64,000 nucleotides of DNA from Rhynchobatus australiae (taxonomy: Eukaryota): positions 30,731,204 to 30,795,203 of the forward strand of contig JAUZTB010000087.1 of the NCBI GenBank assembly GCA_034780895.1, read 5' to 3'. Below, piece after piece: positions 13,970 through 27,400 of the stretch (position 1 is the stretch's first letter; each line of letters begins with the position of its first letter). Under the pieces are notes generated by a model. The model was not told the DNA's origin. It worked only from the letters and a program-made list of their open reading frames with translations, and made no database searches. Both the position numbers and the translations under genes were made by a program.

Positions 13970-15160
13970 AAGAAAAACTGCAGAAGTGGGAAATCTGGAA
14001 GCACTCACCAGGTTATAGTCAGAATTTGAAACAAAGTTAACATTTCAAATCCAAGACCCTTTGCGAGAAGTGTGAAAGAGAAAGAAAACAGAGGGTGGTG
14101 GTGGGGTGATGTGTGGAGATGAGAATATCTCTGATGGATTGTTGCCATGGGGATAAGGTTCAGAGATTATGCAGAGATTTCAGAGGTTGTGGAATGGGTT
14201 AATGGGGCGGTTGGAGAAAATGAATAAAATTATGAAATGAGGACAGATAGAGTGAGAACATTAAAAAAAAGGAATTTAAATGTTCCGACATGCACGATTG
14301 TAGGCATACCCTACCCAGCAGGCCAGGCTCTGCTCATAAAGAGAGAGAAACTGAACCAAAATCACAGATGGATCACCCATACCAGAAATACCAGTTCTGA
14401 TACAAATAGAAAAAGCAAATTAAATGAAATTGTAGAATTCAATATTGAGTCCAGAGTTCTGAAATATGGTCAATAAGATGCTTTATCTCAGACTTACATT
14501 AGGCCTCAGTCCAGGAGGTCACAGTCAAATTTGAGTCACCCTTGCTGGTGTTGTGCAAAGTTGTCACCCACTCTGCATTTGGTTTCGGCACTGGTTGATA
14601 GGGACAGAAGAGCAGACCAGGGAGCTGCAAAGGGAACATTCCTTTGAAAAACAGAAAGGTGGAGGGAAGGGGAAAATGTGTTTGGCTGTGGAATTCTGTT
14701 GAAGCTGGCAAAAATTATTCAATATTGAGTCCAGATGACTACAACATGCCCTGATAGAAGATGCTTTCACTGCTTCTATCAGAACTGGCCATTTTTGCTG
14801 TGTCTATCTGTGATAGTGGGTTAGTTTTTCCTTATCTGTTGAGCATATCCTACAACTCTGCATTTTGCAACTTTTTACCTTCCTTTGTGTTCTTGCTCTC
14901 TAACTGCCTGCATTTCATAGTTTTTGTTCATCTTTTTTCTCTCTAACTGTCCCCATTAGCCCATCAAACGGATGTCCTCTGCAATTATCCCCATGACAAC
15001 CCTATCCTACTCCCTCCTCACTCTATCTGCAACAAAACTAATGTGCTTTCTCTCTTTTCCATTGTCACAAAAGGTCTTCCACCTGAAATGTAACTCTGTT
15101 TCTCTTTCCACAGATGCTGCCTGAACTGTTGAGTATTTCCAGCATTTTGTTTTTACATTA
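13970..15160 (-). mobile_element. Penelope-like retroelement remnant with long inverted arms
   Basis: Minus-strand peptides KHIFPFPPPFCFSKECSLCSSLVCSSVP (cf. remembered PLE HIFPSPPLSAFRRDRSLRDSLVHSS) and two copies of the endonuclease-end motif SGLNIE (~14430-14460 and ~14715-14735). Flanks 13970-14220 and 14940-15160 are degenerate reverse complements. Confidence 0.65.
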
Positions 15161-15378
15161 ACTATGACAAAGGATTGGATCAAATTCTTGCTTACCTGGT
15201 TTATGCTGGGTTTTGCCAAAATTAGGGCAGCTCTTCAGAAGCCCCCACCCCCATCCCCCCCAAGAAATTCCTANNNNNNNNNNNNNNNNNNNNNNNNNNN
15301 NNAGGCTTGGATTGAACAATAATTGTTGGATTGGCTCAACCAGTGCATTGACTCCAAGCTTAATTTGTGTCTTCACAG

Positions 15379-15541
15379 CTGGTCCTCCAAAGTTGAAGAA
15401 ACTGAAGAACCAAACTCTTCTTGAAGGACAAAAGCTTTCACTGAAGTGTGAGGCAGTGGGGAATTCCCAACCCACCTATAAGTGGTTCAAAGATGGAACA
15501 GAGATAAAAAAAAGCAAAGCAATCAGGATAAAAACTGGGAA
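15379..15541 (+). CDS. NRG2: Neuregulin Ig-like domain exon 1 (AGPPKLKKLKNQTLLEGQKLSLKCEAVGNSQPTYKWFKDGTEIKKSKAIRIKTGK)
   Basis: Acceptor tgtcttcacAG (15377-15378), donor GTAAGT at 15542, 163 nt, phase 1 to phase 2. Carries the Ig LKCEA Cys (15447-15449) and YKWFKDG Trp motif. PKLKK..Q..K.SLKCEA.GN.QP.Y.WFKDG..IRIK matches remembered NRG2 better than NRG1. Confidence 0.92.
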
Positions 15542-16491
15542 GTAAGTTAACAAAAAATATGTTTGCTTTTATGCTTTATATCAGGTAATCCTTTCATTAA
15601 TTCGTACTTTATATGTAGTGCTGCTTTAAGGACTGAATCAACTTCTGTTGCTTTTAGAATGAACTATCAGATAGCATAAACTTACCAATAAGACTGGGAA
15701 CTATAACGCAGTACCTTTTTAATAACTAAGGTTGGGATTGACTCCAGCCCTTATAACACTGATTATATGATTGAATCGTTTCTTTCTGATCGATATAGGA
15801 AACCTGACCAAGAAGTGTAGCCTCGTAGCATTGTGCTGAAATGTAGCATGCTTAACTTCAGTGCTGCGTGATTGACAGTGGATTTTTTCTGGAGTGATCT
15901 GTGATAGCAACTACTTCCAGATCACTTCAGTGTACTTTGGAAATTTCACTAGATGCTCCCTCTGTGAGTCAAGATTGAGCATCTGAAGTGATATCTGCAA
16001 CAGGAGTCCATTAAGCCAGATCATTCCCTGTGTGCTGAGGGGCAAATTAGTCCATGTTGTCCTGGAACACATGTTGTGGACCGTTCCTTAAGTAACCATG
16101 TTTTCTTAACTATTATTCAGTCTGGTATCTTACTAAGATAAGCCCCATACCCTGCCTTATGTTCTTTGACTCCCTATTCCTCTGCCAAGGATACAGATTC
16201 TCCACCCTGCACCACCATTCTCACCACTGGTTCTGACCCTTCATCTGCTGACACCTTTAAACTCACCTGAACTCCCCATTCAAGACCTCAGATTCCATTT
16301 TCCGCTACAAGGTGTCCAGCTGGTCCTGAAGCCTGAACCAGACCCCTGACCCTAACCTGCTCCAGACTCGGCCCTTGGTCCAGGACACTGTAATGGCAGT
16401 TCGGTTGTGCCGAGACCTTGTCCTTCTAAAGCTTGCAATGGTGGGCTCAGAACCAAATCAGTCATTTTTACAGTGAGGCCATCCAGATACC

Positions 16492-16541
16492 ACAGCACAA
16501 GAGATGCACCTGATGGTTGTTGCAATCATCTCTTGTGCTGT
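16492..16541. repeat. Perfect 15-bp inverted repeat with a 20-nt spacer
   Basis: ACAGCACAAGAGATG (16492-16506) and CATCTCTTGTGCTGT (16527-16541). Confidence 0.9.
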
Positions 16542-19500
16542 ACATCAATTTCGCTGTGAAGTCGATTTAGCTACTTTCAATGCAGGTATTCATTTAGTAC
16601 AGCCATGAGGAATGGCTAGGGGAGCAGTGAGAAATGAAATATAAGGAACTCCCATGAGGCCTGTATGTTGTGGTGGAGGATGGTTTGGTAGTATCTGGGT
16701 GGACTCACTGCAAAATTGACCACTAATTCCCTGCCAACGTCCCTAATCGAGTTATGTCATACGAATCACACAGGGGTTGACCCATCTAGGACACTTCTTG
16801 CATGGGAAGCTGAGGAAATGACTTAATGCTCACTTCAAATCCAGTTGGCTAACCAGGAAAGGTTTTAAATCTACATTGCCTCTCCCTCTTCTGAAACTCC
16901 GATGACTTTNNNNNNNNNNNNNATCTTCCTAGTGTTCAAGGCCATAAACCCAAGATCTCATTTCCACGTCCCACATATAGAAATGTGCCATCTTTCAAAG
17001 TGTAATGACCTAAAAATTCTATTACACATTGAACTGGGGTTTGTGGGTCGCAGATTAGTTCTTGCCTGTTTTCACCACATTGATTGTGTATGTCATGGAA
17101 GGGGGTCACACCATTGTCAGGCCATTTTCTTCAGGGACTGAGGGAGTATTTGGGATCAATTGGGGGGATATTGTTGTGTTTGTGATTAGGTTGGAGCATG
17201 ACTGGATAGAGATTGTGTGGCAAATCCCATTTAAATAATGACGAAGAGACCTCACACCTGATGGCTGCTTCCAGATGAATGTAATTCACCACAACTTTAT
17301 GTCACTGGTTTATGATCATTGTTTTACCTCTGAAAGCAAGGTCAAATTCAGTTGTAAATCTTCATTTAGTATAAATAGATGACATTGGAGGAGTTTCTCC
17401 CAATGTTAAATGGAGCTAACCAGAGCCCTTCATGCAACATAAACAGTTGAAGGAGGATTGCACAAGCAATCAGTTTAGCAAATGCACTTTCAATTGACTA
17501 CAGATAGGCTTTTAAGATATAAACAAAGGAGGCTGATCTATTACTATGGAGCCCAACGACCAGCTGGCTTTTTCCTGATTGCTATTAATGTTTACTGCTA
17601 AAGCTGGAGGTGATAATATTTGGCAAGCTTATAGATTTACTATCTTTCCCTACATCTAGAAATTGGATTGTGTAACATGATTTTGTGTGCTGTCCCAGTT
17701 CAACTCCCCTGAAAATCAAAACTTTACTGAAAATGACGTAATTGGAATTGTTCCGGTGTCTTCTGTACATTTGATGGTTGGAGGAGCAGGGCATGTGCAG
17801 TGGCATCCGAGGGGGGCAGTGTCAGTCTGCTCCCTCCCTGTTTTTTGGTAGCATTTGACTAGCTTGTAACATACAGGGGCGGGGCGTGGGAGCACTCATC
17901 CTGAAGTAAGCTTTCTCAGGCCCATTGAAGTCAGCTTCTGTGTCTATGNNNNNNNNNNNNNNNNNNNNNNNNNNNNNNNNNNNNNNNNNNNNNNNNNNNN
18001 NNNNNNNNNNNNNNNNNNNNNNNNNNNNNNNNNNNNNNNNNNNNNNNNCTGTGTCTATGTGGCTTAAAGAGAACCCTTTGAACTGGTTCAAGGCTAGAAA
18101 TGAGAAAACAACATGTAGGTCCCTTTAAGTAATTTTACATAACTGACTTCACTTGAATTATCTCACCCCGTTCCCAACACCGTTCCCCCCAAATCTTGAC
18201 ATATTACTTGATCCATGATCCTTTCCCTCTTCCCCCACCCCATACTCTGCACTTGGCTCCTCTCCTCAGGAAATTCCCCCAACCTTGAACTCATACACCT
18301 GTATCCTTCTCTTTGACTGATATGATGGAAAGGCCTCATCATATTTAAGCCTAATTAACTTGTGGCCTTGAATGAGTTGTCTTGCTGAAATATTGCAAGT
18401 GAAATTGAATAAAAATGGGGTTAGGGTAAATGGTGCCTGATGGTTGGTGCAGACTTGGTGGGTTTTTTCATGCGGCATGACTCTATGACTTTATGAAATT
18501 CTAGGCATCTGACTTCAATTACCCACATCAGTTCTGTCAGTCCACACCGATTTCCTTGATAGGGAGAAAGTGGTCTTAGTATAACTCTGAACAGTGCAGT
18601 GGGACACATTTCACCCTGGTCACCAAATGGAAGCCTGGTAAATCATGAATGAATTAGTTTTTTGCTGACTTGAGCTAGTTTCAAGGTCCTTTGCACTAAG
18701 ACAGCAATGCTGAACAAAAGAGTCATTTTTAACACATAGAGGTTAACATGGTCTTGAATCAATTGTACGAAGAGCACACTGTGTAGGTGGGATGTTTAGC
18801 TTCACTTGATTATCTCGTCTAAAAGGTAGCCCCTTGGCACAACAATATAAAGCAATATTTCTGATTTTTACAACAGTAGTACAGACTAAAACGTGCATTA
18901 ATTGTATCACTAATTGTATTAAATTACATCATAGTAAGTAATAAATGAAAATTTTTCTTTGATGGAAGTACTACTGGCTGAAGACTATCAAAAGGTCTCT
19001 AAATGCAGGAGATGGCTTTGTCAATCCCAGTAACTTCAATAAAGTAGCAATTAAAAAAAAGGATTCCTTGGATTTTCCTGTTGGTATATAAAAAAAAGCA
19101 TTTGCTGCTGACCACAATGAAACCTACAGTGATTAAGCAGGCTTGGTGTGTGAATCTCTACTGGCGTTATTTGTGAACAGTTGTCATTGGTAAAGGATTT
19201 GTGGTATCCAGCATCAGTGATGTCATCAAGCAGACATCAAACCAGGAAGTAAAAAGTAATAATTTTATTTATCCANNNNNNNNNNNNNNNNNNNNNNNNN
19301 NNNNNNNNNNNNNNNNNNNNNNNNNNNNNNNNNNNNNNNNNNNNNNNNNNNNNNNNNNNNNNNNNNNNNNNNNNNNNNNNNNNNNNNNNNNNNNNNNNNN
19401 NNNNNNNNNNNNNNNNNNNNNNNNNNNNNNNNNNNNNNGTACAATGTGCAATTACTAATTATTAAGCAGAGGATGAAGTTCTATCCCCGTATCTCTCCTG

Positions 19501-19574
19501 CTTTGTTTTTGTTTCTGACAGCCTACAAGTATCCATCCAAGACTGATATCAAATTATTCTTTTTTTTTCTACAG

Positions 19575-19693
19575 AAAAAACTCAAGGCTTCAGATAAGTA
19601 AACTGAAGGTGGAAGATGCTGGGGAATATGCATGTGAGGCTGAGAATTCAGTAGGCAAGGGCATTTCAAAAACTACTGTCAGTGTGCAAGCTG
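19575..19693 (+). CDS. NRG2: Neuregulin Ig-like domain exon 2 (KKNSRLQISKLKVEDAGEYACEAENSVGKGISKTTVSVQA)
   Basis: Poly-T tract and ctacAG acceptor (19573-19574), donor GTGAGT at 19694, 119 nt, phase 2 to phase 1, in frame with the previous exon. DAGEYAC Ig F-strand motif (Cys at 19633-19635). KNSRLQ and KVEDAGEY.CEAEN are NRG2 hallmarks. Absent from the ORF track. Confidence 0.92.
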
Positions 19694-21169
19694 GTGAGTG
19701 TCTATACATCCTATAGTTTTGTCAACATTCCTAATGTATGGAACAGAAAGTATTCTCTTGACAGTTTTTACAGTGTAAATAAAATTTGTGTTAATTGTCA
19801 TAATTTTCATGTTAAGACTGTATATACAATACAAATGCTTTTTACAGTCAACAGCTTTTTAAACAACAGCATTGAATAACAAGGAATGAAAGTCTCAATA
19901 AACTCTAAGAGACAAAGGGAAGCAAGTACTGAGGCGTCAGCTGTTTCATGATATCATAGTTTTTGTGATGATGCATCTCATTTTGAATAGGCTATTGATT
20001 TCTGTGCATCTTTTAACAAATCATCTGACAATTTTGTTGATGAAGTGTGAAGATGGTCTGGGATCCTGTTTACATTTTAAATAGGATTATCCAAATACTG
20101 AAACATTGTATTACTTCTGAAGCCATTTATACATCCTCTCTTAGCCCTGCTGCTGTCTCTCTGCTCAATCACTCCTATACCACAGCCTTTGATTCCCTTG
20201 ACTCAGTAGAGCTTGACTGTTCTTCCAGGTACAGTTTTTCCTCCTTTAAATACACAGATTTTAGTTTTGAATGTCCAAGCTCTTTCAACACATTTTCACT
20301 GCTCAAGGTTATGTTTACCTTTGCCTCTCCAGTAAGGTTCCCACCCCTGACAGTTATGAAAATCGTTATTTTGGATAATATTTTTAGTACTCTGTGCTTC
20401 TCTATCAAGTTACATCCCTCTTGACCTCTGTGCACCCTTCACCATAGTCAACCACACCGTCCTACATCAATGATTCTTTCCCATTGTTCAGCAGTGTTGC
20501 CCCTCCAACGTCACAGGAGAATCCAGTGCAGTGGTGCCTCTTTGCTTTCCTGCGCCATTAACTCCAGAGATCCCTGCGCATTCATTCTTGGCCCATCTCT
20601 TTGCACTTCTGCATGTTACCTCTCACCAACATCACCTGGATACATGACACTGGAGTCTACAGCTGTGCTGCCAAAGCACAGCTCGACCTCACTATGACCA
20701 CTTTTGATCCTTTACTGTCTTAGTGCCACACAAGGGAAAAGCAGGAATGGATCACATGGCTTCTCAAGCTCTCTGCAAGATGGATTAAGGTACCATCCAA
20801 CAAGATCATTAGAACAAAAGACATGATTAATACTTTCTTGCCTGACATTCATTGATTAAATTGAGAGGAAACATGTCTGACTCCCAGTCCTTGATGAGCC
20901 ACAATTTCACTCATTGGGAAAACCTAAGTGATTATTAATCACTCATCCGTGAACTCTTCTCCCTGTTCCAGAACAATGTCTTAGGCTGACCAGACTGTTT
21001 ATTACTGTGTTTCCTTGTATGACACTGGCTGACCCTCATGTTCAAACTGATCATTTCTTTCTCCGCCCCTATCATTGTAATTTCTTGCAAACCTACATGC
21101 CGCAGCAAAACACTATTTCAGAGGAACAACCGTTCCCTATAGCATAGTAGAACTATACTTTTCTCCATG

Positions 21170-21369
21170 TCTCCATTCATGCCTTCAGCCATCGATACTT
21201 TAAGCATTGGGATTCTTTCCCTCAATGACTACAACTCTACCCCTCTCTCCTGGCTTAAAATCTAATTCTGACTAAGTTTTAGTCACCTCCCCTAATGTCA
21301 CCAGTGCCTTGGTTTCAATTTGTGCCTAACTATATTGCTGAGATTGAATTGCTTAAAATGTTTCCCTAT
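21170..21369 (+). mobile_element. L2-like LINE 3' tail remnant
   Basis: gccttcagcc...ttgggattctttccctc...gactaagttttagtcacctcccctaatgtc is homologous to 30800-31035 and, in reverse, to 48745-48950. Confidence 0.5.
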
Positions 21370-23699
21370 NNNNNNNNNNNNNNNNNNNNNNNNNNNNNNN
21401 NNNNNNNNNNNNNNNNNNNNNNNNNNNNNNNNNNNNNNNNNNNNNNNNNNNNNNNNNNNNNNNNNNNNNTATTCCATTAAATTATAGGCTTTCATTTACA
21501 GACTGAATTTTTCATTTACAATGAAGTTAGTTTTGGTTCCTTCAAGTGAACCCTAGTTTTGCTGCATTATCATCTGTGAGTGTTATGTGAAAGAGCTATC
21601 TGCAGGGAGAGGATATGTGTGAACTTTGATTTGATTTGCGTATTGCTGCACCCAATTGATTCCGCGACACTCAGTGACAAATTGGTAAAGCCTGGGATTC
21701 TTTGGGTTTCTGCAAAAACTTGTCTGATCCCATGTGAGATCAGGCTTGGAGGAGTGGTGGCAATGAATGCTCTTTCTACAACAATTTTTGTGCTGTATGC
21801 CACTGATACTATGGTCAATCTCATGGGAATTTGTAACCTAGCAATCTGGTTCTTCCTTTGTGATGCTTAGTGTTGTACTGCTGCTTTGAATATATTAAAA
21901 CATGAAGGAAAATAGCTTGCATGGTAGAGATCAACCCTGTTCAAATTATAAGGTAGAACTTACTCCTGTCAGGTATCTAGTTGCATGTTTCCTCCTGGGG
22001 CAGGACTTTTCCAAATAAAGCCTTGAGCTTACCTTGTTCTAAGCAGTCTGCAGTTGATGAGACAAAACACTCAGTACCTGGTTCCAAGCTCCACCCATTG
22101 CTAGTTAAATACTTCCATCTATATTACGATAAAGGCTTGCTAGTTCTACCTGATCTGGAATAAAATGAAAGCACATAGGAATAGGATTCCACTGGAACAG
22201 TAAATCTGTTACTCTGATTTCCATTCCTACCCACTGTGGGAAGACCAGGCTGCTGCGTGCATTCACCACCTCCTCACAACTTGTATTTGAGAAGCAGGTT
22301 TCCCCTGAAATTAATTACTGAATTGATGTACCTTGGGGCTCTGTTTCTATAGAAACCTGTCAGGTTTAATGACAAATATAAATGTTGCAGCTCTGTGGCT
22401 TTCTCTCTTTCCCTTTCCCTTTCTCTTTCTGTTTGGTGGATTGTTGGTAACAATTCGTTTACATTGATAAATCATTCTCAGGAACCCCTGAGGGCCTGTC
22501 TATCAGGTCTAACCTTTGCTTTTACCAGTACAACATTTTTTTAGATGGTAAATTCTGAAATGTTCTTTCTTTGTGTTTTAAGTCATCTATTCAGGTTGCA
22601 GGTGATTTTGTTTTTTGCTGTTTTTAGAGGAATCATGGAATTTGGAATTCTAGAAAAATATGTAAAATGTCAGGGAAGTGAGGGTTTGACCAAAGGCAAT
22701 GATCACCTCCAGCGGAGGACAAAGGTTATGAACAATGTGTCTGTTTTCCCTTATTTAATGTAATACTTTAGAACTCTGAAATATGTTTTTTATATCCTAG
22801 TTAAAATGCTTAAATAGCTATATGTTTGACCTGTTGTTTACAGCAGTACTAAATAAATATTATAATTAGTGTGATAAGTATAAATGAATCCTGTTCAAAA
22901 TCGAAAATCATTGATGACTTTGTTGAGAGAGATTACTGAACTATCCTTTTCAACATTTATAATCTTACTAGAAGGAAACTGTAGTAGGTTATATTGAAAT
23001 CCAAGGTGATTACTCCACAAGACATTTTAGCAGCACCAACTTTTACTTCTATTTCACAGTCAAATGGTTCACAGAGAACTAGACCAAACCCTAAGGAAAT
23101 GTACTCTTGAAAGTTCCATTTATCAGCATTCATTTTCAAAGACAGTAATACTATTTTTTCCAAGATNNNNNNNNNNNNNNNNNNNNNNNNNNNNNNNNNN
23201 NNNNNNNNNATTAACATGATGATTTTTAATTTCTGCACTGATTACACACACATCTGTTATTCATAATAACCTTTGGCTTCTAATCAGAGATCAGAGCCAA
23301 GATCCATGTTTTAATAATAGGGCAAATTGTGCATATTAGACTTTTTCCTGCTTTCTCTCCTGGCAGGTCATGGCATGACATAAAGCATTTTGTTAGAGAG
23401 GAAATGAGTATTATGGCAAATAGCCATTTTGTAAAATTACTTTTTGAATGATTTATGAATATTGATTTATCATTTTCAAACTTAGCAGTAATATTGCTGT
23501 ACAATTCTGCTCAACAAAACTTGATGATAATTTTAAATGACATGAAACTTCTGCACACACGTTATAACATTCTGGTAGTTCATCAAAAAGATCTGAAGAT
23601 CCAAAACACTGTACCATCCTTTAGATGGCAGTATGGGCTATTGCCAGCATATGCTGTGGGAGTGCTACATTTGTCATTCTTTTTCAATTTAATTTTTTT

Positions 23700-24450
23700 T
23701 TTGCCCAAAATATACTTCATTCATAAAAACAGCAATTGGGACACTTATTTGTCTCCATTTACTGTACTTAGCACATCATTACACTTGTTCACAGTGTTTA
23801 CATTATGCTAACATTGCATCAGTTTTCCATTCCCAAACATTCAATCGGTGGCTCAGAGGCCAGAGTGTGTTCAGCAGCATGAGGACCCTAAGCTGTGACC
23901 TTTCCCCAAGGACCTGTATTGGTAGCTATACCAAGCTTCAGTGCTTTTCTCAGCACATAATCCTGCACCTTGGAATGTGCCAATTTACAGTATTAATTTG
24001 CAGATAACTCCTTGCACTGGAGGAGCAGTAAGTTTTGGACAATTTAAAGTGGGTCATCATCCAGCAACAGTCTGAATGTGAGCAGAATCCATTGTTATGT
24101 CACTGTTGCTGCTCAGGATGAATCTTAAACAAGACCACTGCATTACTTTGCAGACCTTATTGGCAAATATGCACTGTGGAAGGAGATGGATGATGCTTTA
24201 ATTTGCAATGCAGTTACCTTGAGGATAGCATGCAGTGGCATTGAGATTCCAGCTGTGCATGAAGGATCTGACAGGTTAGAACCCTTCTCACCACCAGCCA
24301 AGCACGATCTTGATGCTTGTTTGAAAGTTCTGGTGATGAGGCATTCTGCCAAATGACTTTGACAGTCTGCTCAAGGAACCATCGAACAGTATCCACTGTC
24401 TCCTTTTCCNNNNNNNNNNCCCAGACATTCCATGCAGACCACTGCCTGAT
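23700..24450 (-). mobile_element. Tx1/L1-like LINE 3' remnant
   Basis: The minus ORF VRWFLEQTVKVIWQNASSPELSNKHQDRAWLVVRRVL shares NKH.D.AWL..RR.L with the ORF at 11075-11275. Confidence 0.62.
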
Positions 24451-27400
24451 TAATGTGTGGTTAGAGGTATTTTTCTACAGCTTACCATTGCCTTAGCCAA
24501 GAGATGCTGAGGCAAAAGGAAGCTGCTGTTGAAAGTGAGATCTGTGGTCAGTGACAAATTCTCTTCAACATAAAATATGAGGTAACTGACCTTTCCATTA
24601 TGTGCAGAGGACTGCATTACTACATTTATGCAAGAAATTGTCCTGGACAGCTGGTGCAAATGTTCAGATTTATAAAATTTTAAATCAATAACATTGCTTA
24701 ATAATATTTTTTGTGTCCAACCGATTCACCGTAAGTGCTGCTGGTATCAAAGAAATACAATCTTTCAATAGGCAGAAAGAAGTCAGTGCTGAAATTATTG
24801 TCTGGAATTCACAAAGCAAAAAGGAAAAGATTATATTAATGTAAACTACCAGTTAAATTTGATCCAAATAAAGGAATGTGCTTGAGTCTTACATTATTAT
24901 TCTTTAGCCGAAACTTAAAAGCAAAATCTGAGTATTTATGTACAGTAATTTGTCGTCAAACTACATTTGTTGGTGGTCCATTTTTCTCTTTATTGTCCTT
25001 CTCTTTCTGTCATATACAATCTTCTCTTCACATTAGCTGTGCTGTATTGCAAAGTCTGCACTGTATGATAGCAAAACTGCACTCTCAGGTAATTATGGTT
25101 AAGTAGTCTTTTGAGAAGTACTGACAATTTACGGGAGATTCCTACAATGACAAATATAACTTTAAACATATAATAGCATGATTACCCAACAGAAGAGTAC
25201 CACCACTGAGGTAAAGTGACACAATAGCCTACAATTTTCTCTGACAGTAAGACTAATACTGCCCTGAGTTTAGGTGTGAACTGGACCATTTATTTTACTC
25301 AATCAGACTTACCAAGATCCAAGTCTTCAACCTTGGCAGAGTAAGCAGTTTGATTAACATCATGAAGTAATTATACGAGGTTCCTAGAATATAATAAAAG
25401 TGTTGATTTCTGAGACAGTTCTACCCCAATACTGCCTCTACAAATTAAAGCATATAAATGTANNNNNNNNNNNNNNNNNNNNNNNNNNNNNNNNNNTTTA
25501 TTTATCTATTAATGGAACAAAGCAGTTACATTCAAAAAATATCACACATGTAATTTAAATGGGTGTACCAGCTGCCAGCCGATACTGTAAAACACATCTC
25601 TAGACATTTTTAAAATTTCAGTTTATCTTTTTCAAATTTAATCATACAGTTCTAAAACTGGGGATAGAGTTGTATCACTGAACTTTTATGCAGTATTGTA
25701 AGGTACAATTGTTGAGTAAAATCTGTAGATGGATAGGTTAGATTTGTTGTGAAGCTCATTGAAAAGGAGATTTTGAATAGACTGAAATTGCTTTATATAC
25801 CATGATACATTAAAGCCAGCAATTTATTTGCATTAGTGCCAGTTACTGGCTTGCAAGTAGAAAAGCCTTAGCAAATTTAAAGAAAATAAATTGCTCACTC
25901 TGAAGCAACAGTGACTAAATATCTAAGATGCTTTCATTGAAAGCATATGGCTGAATATTTGATTTTACTTAAATCCATAAGTGTCAGAAATCTAGGAGCA
26001 TGTAATTTGTAAGAAGAGATAACTTAGTAGGCTTACTGTGGAATGAACTCCTTTGTACTGCTCCAACATGTTAGCAATGAGTAATAGGATAGTCTAAGCG
26101 AGAAATTGCATTAGTAACCTTTAGACAGAGAATCTGTGACCAAATGACTGAAGTTTGTAAGACAAAAGTTGTGAAATATGTGAATTTCCCCCTTAATGAC
26201 ATCCCTCTAAGGTGTAAAAGCAGTGCATTTGTTTTCAAAGACGTGAATTGAACCTAGTATTCAGTTGCAGCACAAAAAAGGTAATAACAAATTGGCAACC
26301 TCTACTGAAGCATACCCAATTATCTTGTCCAGTGAAGATAATGGAAAATAAAAAGGAACAATATGTAGAATGAGCAATATTCTCTGAGCTGACTTGAGCT
26401 ACAATTAAGACTAATTTCACCCCTAAAAGACACTGAGGTACTGTATAGACATGATGCAAAGTACAACATTAATTCTCTAACTTTTGAAGAAAATAAATTA
26501 ATATGAGAAATATGTCCATTGATTCAACAAAGAAAATCATTGTTCTTGGATAGGCATCTGTCTGAACAAGGGGTCATGTGCTTCTGGTACTGTAAGTTAT
26601 CTATGCAAAGTAGCTACTCACACTTGGAAAGTTTATGTTGGATAACTTAAGTAATATTTTGGGGGTCATACTTTTTCTTTTCACTAAGCAAAACAGTCAT
26701 TAATATGAATCTGATTTGATAATACTAATTATCTTATGGGGATTATGAAGATAATTTCATCAGTCTTTGCTTGTGTGTAATTTTACCTGTCCTTGGTATC
26801 TTTATTTTAACAGGATGAATAGACTGTGTAGTCTCCAGTGGAACAGGCTGAATAATTTTTGTCCTGTTCTTTAAATATCTTGCACACTTTTCATCCCATC
26901 ATTTGGGATGTAGGAGATGTTCATCACTATTTATTTTTGCTTAGGTCTGGAACTTATCAAATTTTCATTTTGATGTGGCACATGAACAAAATGTTCATTT
27001 AAAAGATTCATGGTAATATTCCACACGGATAACATTTTCTATTTTTGGAACCATGACAGCAAATTCTATGCATCTGCCCATCACCCACATAGAACTACAT
27101 TCTAGTGNNNNNNNNNNNNNNNNNNNNNNNNNNNNNNNNNNNNNNNNNNNNNNNNNNNNNNNNNNNNNNNNNNNNNNNNNNNNNNNNNNNNNNNNNNNNN
27201 NNNNNNNATATTCTAGGAATTTTAGTTATTTTTGTTGATCGTTATGTAAATTATTCAAGTAATTCAAAATAAACGGTTGGCAGAGCATGGGAACAGGAGT
27301 GATAAAACGCTCGCCTCTAGAGTCATGCAGTTTTTGAGTTCAAGGCCTACTCCAAACTGTATGGAGAATGCTGCACTTCTGGAATTAGATGAAGTGCTAA

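Noticed and set aside
15213-15378. N-terminal part of ORF 15213-15545
   Set aside because: It spans an N gap and lies upstream of the acceptor at 15378. Only 15379-15541 is Ig-like.
15379-19693. Calling the locus NRG1 because it has a CRD exon
   Set aside because: The Ig motifs (SLKCEA.GN.QP.Y.WFKDG, KNSRLQ, KVEDAGEY.CEAEN) fit remembered NRG2, not NRG1 (LRCETSSEYSSLRFKW, KSELRINKASLADSGEYMC). NRG1 is not fully excluded without a phylogeny.
25037-25088. Possible 52-nt spacer exon with a pyrimidine tract, AG and GTAATT
   Set aside because: The length is not a multiple of 3, and it has an in-frame TGA when joined in phase 1.
25193-25210. Possible 18-nt micro-exon (cag|aagagtaccaccactgag|gtaaag)
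   Set aside because: It contains TGA in the phase-1 frame and has a poor pyrimidine tract.
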